Translations under genes and position numbers: made by a program
In this document: piece after piece, positions 35,719-47,841 of the stretch
Numbering within the stretch: the stretch's first letter is position 1
How the letters are laid out: each line of letters starts with the position of its first letter
The notes under the pieces: model-generated
The model's database searches: none
Told to the model about the DNA's origin: nothing
The model's input: the letters and a program-made list of their open reading frames with translations, nothing else
Source of the DNA: Octopus sinensis
Lineage: Eukaryota
Reading direction: 5' to 3'
DNA: 64,000 nt
Assembly (NCBI RefSeq): GCF_006345805.1
Contig: NW_021836180.1
Location: 62,001-126,000 of the forward strand

Positions 35719-36117
35719 CTAGCAGTATAGCCCAGTGTTGCTTGAGCTAGTTTTCTTTTCGACCCTTTAGAATTGGAATTTTTGAAAAGTAAAAATTTTG
35801 CATTATGTAGCTTGTTATTCTCTTTAAGTGAACATTTTTCTGGTTGAAATACCCCGAAAAATGACGACACAGCAGTCAAATAATCGTAAAAAATAGGGAT
35901 TTTCATAGAAAATATAGCACCTTTTTGATGTAAACAAGCTTTGGTGTTAACAAGGTCCGATTTGAATTTTTTCTTCCACAGACGGAAGAGCAAGCCTTAT
36001 TCTATCATACACTCAATTTTGGTCAACTTGTGCCGCAGGGTCTCGGAGGAGATAGTGTTAGTTGAAGGCTACCAAACCTGCCACACACAGACAACTTCAG
36101 CTTTATATATATAGAGA
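35719..36117 (-). mobile_element. Non-autonomous Helitron (399 bp); duplicate at 61915-62313
   Basis: A|TCTCTATATATATAAAG 5' end; CTAG|T 3' end with a subterminal sequence related to the 15198 element. Confidence 0.8.
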
Positions 36118-36639
36118 TACACACACACACACACACACACACACATAAATGTGTGTGTGTTTTTGTATGTACGTTTTTGTATATATTTATACATTTGTGT
36201 GTCTAGATAGCTAGCTATCTATAAACACACACACACACATACACGTATGTATATGTATTCTTTTATTCATTTCAGTTATTTGACTACGTCCATGCTGGAG
36301 TACCGTCTTAAATCAAACAAATCAACCCCAGGTCTTATACCTTGTATGCCTACTACTTATTCTATTGGTCTCTTTTGCCGACTGTTAGGTTATGAGGATG
36401 TAAACACACCAACATTGGTTGTCAAGTGATGGTGGGGGATACAAACACAGACACACACAAATATACACTCGCAGAGATACCCGGCCTTCGTGGGATTAAA
36501 ATGGCATAGATTTTTATTGTTTTACTTGTTTCAGTCATCTGACTGCAGCCATGCTGGAGCACCGCCATTGGTCAAGAAATCAACCACAGGATTTATTCTT
36601 TGTAAGCCGAGTACTCATTCTGTCAGTGTCTTATACCAA

Positions 36640-36875
36640 ACTTATTTCTTTACTACCCACAAGGGGCTAAACACAGAGGGGACAAACAAGGACAGACAAA
36701 TGGATTAAGTCGATTATATCGACCCCTGTGCGTAACTGGTACTTATTTAATCAACCCCGAAAGGATGAAAGGCAAAGTCGACCTCGGCGGAATTTGAACC
36801 CAGAACGTAACAGCAGATGAAATATGGCTACGCATTTCGCCCAGTGTGCTAACAACTCTGCCAGCTTGCCGCCTT
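36640..36875 (-). mobile_element. Full-length tRNA-derived SINE
   Basis: Reverse complement of the ggcggc(g/a)agctggcaga family. Confidence 0.8.
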
Positions 36876-37061
36876 TGCTAAGTTACAGGAATGTAAACAC
36901 AGCAACACCAGTTAGCAAGCAATTGTTGGGCTACAAACACAAAACATGCACACACATACACATATACACGACAGTCTTCTTTCAGTTTCCGAGTACGAAA
37001 TCCACTTACAAGGTTTTGGTTGACCTGAGGCTATAATAAGCATATATATATTATATATATA

Positions 37062-37851
37062 GTAGCTGACATACCCCGTAATTTCCAGGAAAGCGGGCTC
37101 ATCCCTTAGTTCTGTTCTCATAATTGTTTTGCTAATTCAGTAACAACAATACAAAGTATGTAGCCCTTAAAGTATGTAGCCTTGAGAATACCGAACTGTC
37201 TTACAAAGGATCTTGTTTTTTGGAATTCCCAATAAGTTATGAATACTCAAATTGTGAAGTCAGTTATGTAATAACATGAAATTTATTACCCTATAGTAAG
37301 AATTCAAATAATGTAGCCCCAAAAAGGGCTTTAATATGTTCCCAGAGTATATAGATTTTAGGAGGAAATACTAAATGCTTTTGTGCGTTCCCAGAGAATA
37401 TTCCCCTCAGCAGCGCTAGTGTTGCTATATTTGTGAATAAGTCACTAACCGAAATAAGTGGATCTATTGTTTAGGAGAATACTATTTACTTGTTTAAGCG
37501 TTGTCTTGGATAAATTGAGAAAATAACTAAAACACTTCAAATACTAAGAAATAAGCATAATGAAAATGAATGGGTTATTTCCCTTGATGGTTATTTCCAG
37601 GAGGGAATGGGTTATTTCCCTTGGAAGCTTAAAATAATTACTCACACCGTTCACTCATGCCCAAATGTTATTCCTCTTGCTGTTTACCCGAACATTTTTT
37701 CGAAATCAATTAATACTTAAAACCTCCCCAGATACATAAGGAATGTACGTTTGAAGTTTAAGAAAAATTGGTCAAGCCATTTTGATGCAAAAACGAGAAC
37801 ATACCGATACACACACACACGCACAAACACTTTCAGTTTTAATATATAAGA
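37062..37851 (-). mobile_element. Non-autonomous Helitron-like element (~790 bp)
   Basis: A|TCTTATATATTAAAAC 5' end at 37851; 3' cccg...cgggg hairpin then CTAC (CTRR mutated). Confidence 0.6.
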
Positions 37852-38997
37852 TTACTGGCTTCTTTCAGTTTCTGTCTACCAAATCCACTCACAAGGTTTT
37901 AGTTGTCCCAAGGCTGTAATAGAAGACACTCGCCCATGATGCCACGCAGTGAGACTGAACCTGGAACCATGTGGTTGGGAAGCAGGCTTCTTACCACAAA
38001 GCCATGCTGTGCCTTACATATATACGTGTGGATATATGCACACATATATACAAAAAAGATGTATGCATATGAAATATAATGGGTGTATGTGTGTGTTTGT
38101 GTGACCAACTAGAAGTACATAGAACTGAATACGGCATGCAAAAAGTAAATAAAAAAAATTTTCTACGTAAATTAATGAACAATCAAATTTTGACAGTTCT
38201 GAGGGATATACCGAAAGAATGTCCGTTTAACTTTTATATTTTTCTTTGTTTCAGTTATTAAGACTGTGGCCATGCTGGGACATCGTCTTGAAGAATGTTT
38301 TTACTTGTATGAATTGATCCCAGAACTATTTTCTTTTTTCTTTATGTCTGGAACTTATTCATTAGTTTCTTTAGCCAAACCGCTAAGTTACAGAGATGAA
38401 AACACCAACACTGGTTGTCAAATGGTGGCGGGGGGGGGGGGCAAACACTGACACACACACACCTGACAGGCTTCTTCTAGTTTCCATCTACCAAATCCAC
38501 TCACAGGGCTTTGGTCGGTCCAAGGCTCTCGTAGATAATGCATACCCAAGGTGCCATGCAGTGGGACTGAACCCGAAACTATGTGGTTGGGAAGCAAGCT
38601 TCCTACCACACAGTCCTCTTACAATGAATAGATGTTTAGCAGACTCTCTCTCTCTCTGTTATATATACATGAGTACGGACGTAGTAGATAACAGCTAGCC
38701 TTTGGCCACTGTTTTGCACCCTGTTGTATTGGTTGGTATTGGCGCACTTTTGTCTCTTGCTCTGTTACACACCAATGTGCAACCCAACCAATCGAAGCCT
38801 TCTATCAACCGTGTAGTGTACTAAAGGGGCCTTTCTCATCACCTCTCCTTCGCATGGTCGTTTACAGATAATACACCTGACATCCTGTCTGACAGGTACG
38901 GGACTTAAATAGGAAGATCGCCTCGGTTTTATTTAAGTTCTATCTTTATGCCATCTTTATTACCTCTGGCATTTTAAAAGCTTTATATAATACAAAG

Positions 38998-39031
<34 letters not shown>

Positions 39032-39954
39032 GTATGTGAATTCGGAACGTCTGTGTGAGAGAGTGTGCATGTGAGAGGAAGAGAGTAAAAGTGAGAGGAA
39101 ATGTGTGTGTGTGAGGCAGAGAGAAAGGGGGAGAATGTGTATGTGTGTGAATGTGTGTTTGAAGGCGCGGAAGAGACAGATTGAATGCGTTCATGTATGA
39201 AAGAGAAAGAGAAGTATTTCAGTGAAAACGAAGCAGCTCCTTAGAAGTTGCTCAATTTGCACGAAATAGCAGCCAATTCTTTTGAAATCTCATCCTACCG
39301 TCTTAAATAAAGAAATACACCCAGGACTATGTTATCCTGTATATATGAAAAGGCGCACGCATGGAGCAGGTTTGATCATAGGTGTCGCTCGATCAGTGTT
39401 GTCATGGAGTTACGATAACACGTAACTCTTAGTGATGAGAGAATATAAACAGATGAAAAGCAACTGAGAAATTATAGACACAAATCAATTAGATAAGAAA
39501 AACATTGATTTGGTCACTCGACAACAGTTATCGCAGTTCAATAAAAACACATTTTAACAACTTCCTATAGCAAAGAAAATGTAATTTCACTGACCCGAAA
39601 GAGTTAAATATGTAAGGAAAGAAAAAAAAATGGATAAAGAAAAGTTGAAAATCAATTAAAAAATGAAAATGGATTAATTCGGGGGGGAACCGTTGAATAA
39701 AACAAAACGATTTATCATAGTCGAAGTAGATATCTAACAATTTTTTATGTATTTATCGAAGTTAAAGTAGATATCTAACAACTTCTTGAGGCAAAAGAGG
39801 CGTGGCTGTGTGGTAAAAAGCTTGCTTTCCAATTACATTGTCACGGATTCGGTTCAACTGCGTAGCACCTTGGACAGGTGTTTTGCACTGTAGCCTTCGA
39901 CCAACCAAAGCCTTCTGAGTTTTTTTTTTTAGAATGGAGGATATGAGGAGTGGG

Positions 39955-40154
39955 TACTATTTAAAAAGAGTGGTCCCGGTGCGCGCACTCGTGTACTCGC
40001 GCAACAGCGCTAGCTAGTCGTGACTAGTCGATCCTAAAACGACTACCTAGCAAAGTAAATAAAACACAAAAACACACAGTAAGGATCGACCAGTCACGAC
40101 TAGCTGGCGCGGATGCGCGAGTACGCGCACCGGGATCACTCTCTGTATATAGTA
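39955..40154. mobile_element. 200-bp foldback MITE with ~80-bp TIRs, CpG-rich
   Basis: agagtggtcccggtgcgcg...gctagtcgtgactagtcgatcct pairs with aggatcgaccagtcacgactagc...cgcgcaccgggatcactct; TA at both ends. Confidence 0.8.
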
Positions 40155-42499
40155 TCTTAGGAGTGTTCGCCAGGATGATTTAAACTAATAGGTATGTAAC
40201 CCAAATTCCTGACAGTAACATATAAATATATATGTGAAGCGAGTGTCCTACTCATCTCTTTCCAAAAGCATAAAAGTCCGTACGTTTTACGCATGCGTAG
40301 ATTTCACCTGAAACAGCAGACGACAAAATATGAAGCCCTCACCAGAAAACTCGATATGCTAGAAATAACAGCTAAACGTCCGAAAATATCTTTTCCTCAG
40401 CTTAACGCCCTTTTTTCTTTCTTTTTTTCTTTTCTCTAAATCTTAACTCTCCGTATCTATTTGAATCTTGTTGCCATGCTACAAATTATCTTCGTGTTGT
40501 GTTTATAAAGAAATAGTAAATAATTCGTACCGAAAATTTTGTTAAATATGCGTATTTGTATCAAGTTGAACTGCAACGAACCTGTGTGTGCTGCTACAGC
40601 CAATGCCACCATATTTCAAGCAGGGGTATTAGAAAAGTTTTCCATTACAATTTGTGATTAAATTAATAAGTAAGATTAATATTTATAATGAATTTGCCAT
40701 TTTCGATGGGTGTGCACCGCACACCAAGCACATCCAGAATATACGCCCAGCGTGTGTGTGTGTTTCCTAAGAAAATTTGAAATGAAAAATTCTTTTTGGA
40801 TCTTTTCTTTTAGATGGACGGAATTTTCTAGTTAACTAAAAAAATTTGAAACTTCGTATACTGGTAGAATGTGTCAAAACAAAACATTATTGGATCCTTT
40901 TTTTTTTTCCATATTCATAAACACCGTATGTTTCCAGGAGGATTAAACAGAAAAAAAAAATTTTTTTAAAAAGTGAAAAATTTTAAAATTGGGGGGGGGG
41001 GGATTAAAATTTTGAAAACGTATTTTTATTTAAGCAAAGTCGCTCGTAATCTCCGATTTCGAAAACGTAGGAATCCAAAGAAAGTTATGAAAAAAAAAAA
41101 AAAAAAAAAACAGAAGGGGTGCTTGCACTTTACCCCCACCAAGAAACCGATAGAATATGTGCTAGGTTTTAAAAATATGTCCTGGGGTCGATTTGTTCGA
41201 CTAAAACACATCAAGGCGGTGCTCCAGCATGACCGCAGTCAAATGCCTGAAACAAGTAAAAGATAAAAGGTACCCATCACACAAGTGCGTCTCCCACCCG
41301 ACATCGACGGAAGCTGTATAGTGACCAAAATTACTTTGTCGATTCATTCGACTAAGATTCCTTAAGGCGGTGCCCCAGCATGACCACAATCAAATCACTG
41401 GAACAAATAAATGATAAAAGAAAGGTAACAACTGGCCCCATGGCAAAATAACGGGTTAACATGCAGTTTACAGATGAAAAAAGAAAATAGTGTCAATATA
41501 AAAGTGAAAGCGAATTGCAATGAAAATTAGAGGCGTCAATATCGCCATCCTATAATTTCAAGTGGAAAATATATCTTCATAGACAAGGGCGGAAAATAAG
41601 TCCGAATTAAAAAATTAAAAAGCATTTCCCAAATAATGAATATAAATCATTTATAGAGAAAATAAATATTGATTATGTCACTTGTCAATGATGATCGAAG
41701 TCCAATATAGATGTTTTAGCAACTTTTTACAGAAAAGTAAAAGCAATATCACCAACTTCGAGGAAATAGATTTCAAAAAGGGGTAAAAATACGTTTAAAA
41801 GCAATAGAAAAACTAATGAGCACAAACTAATTATAAGAAAAGACTGTTGTTTAGATTAAGTCATTTGTCAATTATCACGGTCCATGAAGAAGCTTTAAAA
41901 TTATCGCAGTAAGTTGTTACTTACCTGTTGAGAGAAATAAAAGGTGAAATATGTCTCGTTGATAAGTTTAAAGTTTATAATTCAAGAGGATAAAATAAAC
42001 AACGAGTATATATCCGGGTTTCTTTTCTGCCAAAAGAAATTGTACGAAACGGAACTGCGTATATATGAAGTGGAAAGTAATCTTACAGATTGGTTGAATA
42101 TCTTAATAGCTTAGAAGTTCTGTTCTCCACGTAAAATGCATCAACAGAAAAGTACGAGCAACCCGGTTAAGCGAGAAACGTAAATTCATTAATAAAACAA
42201 ATTTTAAGTATAATACCAAAGCAGATGATGAACCAGATTATATAATGGTGCGCCACCAACAACAAATTAGACGGAGAAGGGGAGGACGAAGAGAGAGAGA
42301 GAGAAAGAGAGAGGAGGCGTGGGAGAGGCCAGCAACGCCCATCAATGCATTTATATTGACAATTACGAAAACCTCTTTCTACAACCACTTGGGACCTCTT
42401 GGTGTTCAATTGATATTTTTCTTACTTTTTATTTCCTTTTTTCTCCTCTTCGCTCCTGTTTGTGTTCGGTTTGGATTTGTATTTTAATGTGGTTTTATG

Positions 42500-42545
<46 letters not shown>

Positions 42546-43235
42546 GACCTTTATATAAATAAATAACGTGAAATACACGAAGAGACGAACAAAAAGACAA
42601 ATAAGTCATTCAAGCCTTTATTCTTCAGTCAGAAACTGATCCCTCATCGCAGATTTCGGCTGTTTAATTCTGAGATCCGCTCTGAATCAGCCAGCCACAG
42701 AAGGAAAGAATGAAACGCAAGAGACGAACAGGAAACAAAAAAATCTTTTTTGGGGACAGTAACGATTGAAAACATGAATGACACAGGCGCCCTACGGCTT
42801 TGAGACAAAAAGAGAGACACAAAAATAATAATAATATGTATATATATATATTCCTCTTTATATATATAGTGAGATACTACAATAAACATATTTCGATTGG
42901 AAAAACAACAAAAAATGAGGAATGTAAAAACTAATTGCGAAACGAAATAGTTTCATTTGGTGTAAACGGATGCAATATGTATCCTTGTGTAAATAATATT
43001 ATCATAGTTAAACCAAGCTGTGAATAAGCCAAAGATTTGGTGTTGGTGTTGATAGCTAATCGTATATCTCTTGTGTGCCATGTTTGTCATTGTAGATTCT
43101 GTGATCAAATCCTGGAGGGGGTTTCCTCAATGCAAGGGGTCTATCCTGCATACATTGTAACGTATAGTCTGTTATTCAATTACTTGTTTTAATTATTGGA
43201 CATCTGCCATGTTGGGGCACTGTTTTCAGAGGTTT

Positions 43236-43445
43236 AGTTATCTTTTCGCTTTGACCGGCAGATTTTAAAAATAATTTCTTTGTAACTAAACACTTTTAAA
43301 CTTCGTATACCGGTAGAATGTGTTTATAAAACATCTTTTTCTCTTGGCTTTCTTGAGAGAATTATGTAGTTTGTAAGCTATTTGTTGTTTAATTTCTTGC
43401 ATTTCGGCAATTTCAACCAATCAATGACGTCTATTGAGGTGAATT
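43236..43445 (+). mobile_element. Solo arm of the long-TIR MITE family
   Basis: Aligns to 44514-44720 and to the reverse complement of 5905-6113. Confidence 0.75.
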
Positions 43446-44513
43446 TTTTTTTAACCCTGAAATACTGTAAATGTGTGTGTTTCTTTTGATGAAAGGGTGT
43501 TTTAAGAGAGATTTGCTATATTTGTAGTAGCTCAAGTTACCAGACACACACACACGTGTGTGTGTGTGTGTGTGTGCATGTGTGTTTTGTTGTGGGGAAA
43601 AAAATACTTTCTCTCGGAATATTTTGCACGATAATTTTTAAAGAAATCTGGTCATCTTTCTTACTGCCAACCATCGCACTTCAGATTACAATTGTTAATT
43701 GTTGGAAGTCAAGTAGACTGAGATGCACATATACTGTTACCGTATAGAGTGGAAGTTCAATACGAAGTCTTGAACTCATTATCCTGTGGTTAGTAACCCA
43801 TTACCTTAAAGTTGAAACCATTAAGTCTTTAAACATTATTTTGTTTGGTTTTCTTTCGACTGTTGCCATGATGATGTATCGCCTTCAAAAATTTAATTGA
43901 TCATACTGACCTCAATACGTATTTCAATCTGGCATTTATTTTATAGATCTCTGCTTGATGAACTTCTAACTTGGAGACATAGTGGGACGAATGACTGTGT
44001 AGTTGAGAAGTTTGCTTCCCAACCATATGGTTCCATGTTCAGTCGCTTTGCATAGTAGCTTGGGCAAGTGTTTTCTACTATAGCCCCTAGATCAACCACA
44101 GATATCTGACTGAATTTGGTAAACGGAAACTGCAGGGTTGTTAATCACAAAATGACCGAAAAGCATGTTCATAAGGTAGAGTTGTTTGCTTCATGTTCCA
44201 CGTGTGCTAATTCTGCCCGTAAGAAAGAAACAATGTGACTGTAGGTCATTACACCTGGGCAACTATACACCTAAAACCACACTAATAGCTTAGGAGTGAA
44301 ATTTAGGATTTCACAGTTTTCTGTGAATTGATTTTGATAAAACTTTTCCCAGCTGGTTTGCACACTATAGCAACACTATTGTTTTGTTTTCATTATTTTG
44401 CGTAACGTCCTTTCATTTTTTTTTATTTCAGATTCTTCAGTTTTTGGGTGTACCACACTAATAACTTTTAAATGAAAATAGTCTATCTAGACATTTTTCC
44501 AGAAAGTGAAGGG

Positions 44514-45250
44514 GGATCTTTACCTTTTGACTGACAGATTTTAAAAATAATTTTTTGTAACTAAACACTTTCAAACTTCGTATACTGGTAGAATGTGTCA
44601 CATAAAACATCTTTTAATCTTGGCGTTGTTGAGAAAATTCTGTATTTTGGAAGTTATTTCTTGTTAAAGTTGTCGTATTTTGGTAATTTCAACCAATCAA
44701 TGACGTGTATTCAGCTGAATAAAATTACTGCTGTTGTTTGTTAACTACAACTATTGGCGTGTTTGTCACTGTTATTTTTGACATTGTTCATGCATTTGTA
44801 CTGGTTTTAGCTTTAAGGTGTTAGGGTTAGGATTTTAGGGTTAAGGTTTTAGGGTTAGGGTTTTAGAGTTAGGTTTAAGGTTTTAGGGTTAGGGTTGGGG
44901 TTTTAGGGTTAGGGTTACGGAAAAAAATGAAAAATGAAGCACGAACAATTATGGTGGTGCTATAAAGTAAACATGCTTCAGATACACTCGTTTATTCATA
45001 CAAACGTAACTGAGATTAAATATGTCATAAATAAAACGACAAACGAAATATACACTGCCGGAAGTTGTTGATAAGAAACAACAGCATTAATTTTATTCAT
45101 CTGAATACACGTCATTGATTGGTTGAAATTACCGAAATATGACAACTTTAACAAGAAATAACTTCCAAAATTTGAGAATTTTCTGTGACACATTCTTACC
45201 AGTATACGAAGTTTGAAAGTGTTTAGTTACAAAAAATTATTTTTGTTACA
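44514..45250 (+). mobile_element. Long-TIR MITE (~240-bp arms) with an internal degenerate (TTAGGG)n tract at 44820-44917
   Basis: The right arm is the reverse complement of the left arm but lacks the terminus; telomere-like tract read directly. Confidence 0.8.
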
Positions 45251-46064
45251 AAACTTTACAACCATGATATTTAGGGTTCAGTCCCACAAGACAATACCTT
45301 CAGCAAGTGTCTTCTATTATAGCCGAGAGCAGACCAATTCCTTGTGAGTGTGTTTGGTACACAGGAACAGGGTGGAGGCCCATTTTGTGTGTGTGTGTGA
45401 GTGTGTTTATTATACCTCCTCATAATTTAGCTGTTCTACCATAGAGACTGATGGAATAACTACCCAATTTTAAAATAAATGAGTTTTGGGGTTGATGTGT
45501 TTAACTAAAAAATGCCTTTTAGGTTGTGACTTAGAATGGCTGCAGTCCAACGACCAAAATGAGTTGTGGATAAAAGACGGGATATGGTATACACATAGTT
45601 ACATTAAAATTCCGATTCACAAAACGTGTACAGGGCCAGAAATGTGTGTAGAGTATGTAATTGATTTAATCAATTTTATTTCTTAATTGGCCATTCTTTT
45701 ATGGACATCAAAAGCATAAAAAGCAAAGCCAAGATTGGTGACTATTGCACCTACAGCTAAAAAAAGAAAAAAATCAAATAATTCAGTTCCATGCAGAGTT
45801 AAATGTTCAGTACTCAGTTTGAATGTCTTTAAACTTCATATATTCATATTGCACACAGAAAATAACACAAGTTCAATAAATATAAGGATTATGGTTTTAT
45901 ATTTTATTATATTTTACAGCTGTATAGATATATAAAATATTTGTTTATTGATCTGTTACAGGAATTAGCTGAGTAAAAGTAATGATATACAAGTTAAAAT
46001 GTTAAGGTATTTTTCTCAGTTATACAGTAGTGAAAGTCTTAAAATATGAAATAAACAGAAATTG

Positions 46065-46841
46065 TTAGGCAACCATTTTGTTTTTTATGAAGTTTGTAGC
46101 TTTTTCTAGTAACTTCTCTGAATACAGTGGTTGTATATTCTGAGATTCCAGCCACACAATTGCTTTCTTTTCAATAAATTCCCATTCACAGTGCTGGGAA
46201 GCTAATTTTTCTCTTAGTACAGCAACAACAAGAGCTGTAGCCCATACTTTATCACTAACAGATGGATTCTCTTTGTTCAGATCCTTAAGAGAAATATTGA
46301 GAGCTTGAGCCAATTGATCATCTAGATTCCAGAAACCAGAGAAAGCTTGTAGATCAACCAAACCTGTTAAAATGTCCTTAATTGTTCCCTTTGAAGAGGT
46401 TAAGTCTGAGTGAGGTGACTGTCTTGAATTCTCAGCATTTATACTTAAGGAATTATTTATGGAAGCATACATTCCAGCTATATCTTCTCTCGGACGTACT
46501 GGCATTGGCATAGAGTGTTGTAAAACTCTGTTGTAAAACTTACGGAACATTCTTACTATTGCAGGAACATTCTTACTACGAGAACGCCTGGCTTTAGGTG
46601 TAAATGTCCTAGAGACTGTTTGAATAGCAACTGGAACATGTTCATCCAAAGCAACAAAACTTGTGTACTTTGAAACTAAATTAGCCATTGTACCCAAATC
46701 GATAATCTCTGATTTTATTTCATCACCTTTACCCAAATCTTCATTTAATTCCAATTCCTGTATTTTCCTTTTCACACAAAGACGGTGTATTGTCATTTCC
46801 TTATTATTCTGTCCCAACAACCTTGCTTCAAAATCAGTGAA
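46065..46841 (-). pseudogene. VWA5A: VWA5A-like copy 4: 3' third only (stalk + 91-aa cassette + C-terminal domain), open frame
   Basis: Homology starts abruptly at DFEA; no VIT or VWA domain; 3' UTR block conserved. Confidence 0.85.
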
Positions 46842-47841
46842 GACATTTGACTTTGCTAACACTGAATATGGATTCCATAAGTTTTGTGATAAAACTCTTC
46901 CAACATATTCCTGTGTCTTACAACACTACCCAACAAGTTGTACTTTTGGTCTTTAGTGTTTGTTCTATATTATCCCATCATGAAACTAAAATGGATTCAT
47001 CTTAATTTTCATTCTTTTACTTGTTTCAGTTATTAAACTGCGACCATACTGGGGCACTGACTTGAAGATGTGAGTAGAGCAAATCTCTTAACAGAAATCC
47101 AGAATAAGATGTACACATAAATGTCAAGGTTTTTCAAATAGTATCTAATATCATAAGAATGATAGTAATGATGAACCAAGATAAAATACAGATGTGATAA
47201 ACGTAGGATAGAGTTTTATACAATTATTTGTCTCAGATATTTATTTATTAAACCCCGTTTCGTTAAGGAATTTCTAATGACAAAAGACAATATGAAGCCT
47301 GGTGAGTAATGAACCTATAGCTACATAATGATTATTTTACTTAGTTTTGTAGAGTTAAATGCTTGCTACTCAGTTTGAATGTCTTTAACTGTTTCTCTAC
47401 TATATTTCAGTTGAAATGCATGGCATTTGTTTTGATTAATTTTCAAAATAATGAAGAATTTAGTGATATAACTTTGTCATTATTAAGCTGGTGTTTGGGA
47501 CATAAACTACAACGATGTTTTGAGGGAAGGTTATAATTTCATAACAAACAGGAAGTTTGTGTCACTGAATCCCCAAAAGTGCGTAAATGGTTTTTTTCAA
47601 TCTTGTTTTTAGTCTTGGAAATATATTTACATTTCACACAAAAAAATAACACAAAATCAACAAATATAGGATTATGGCTCTATATTTCATTATATTTTAC
47701 AGCTGTATAGATATATAAAATATTTGTTTACAGATATTTTAGAGGAATTAGTAAAGTATTGATATACAAGTTAAAATGTTAAGGTATTTTTCTCGGTTAT
47801 ACAGTAGTGAAAGTTTTAAAATATGAAATAAACAGAAATCG

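Larger units (their letters stand above)
22216..37808 (+). repeat. Segmental duplication, unit A (partner 48405-64000; offset 26189-26199)
   Basis: Matching ORF translations in all frames; differences are mostly microsatellite length and a few substitutions near the gene. Confidence 0.95.

Noticed and set aside
44820-44917. True telomere or chromosome-fusion scar
   Set aside because: Short, degenerate, single orientation and enclosed by MITE arms.
46837-46862. MLAKSNVFT start making copy 4 a 265-aa standalone gene
   Set aside because: Non-ATG start in flank-derived sequence that is also present at 19463 with no gene attached.
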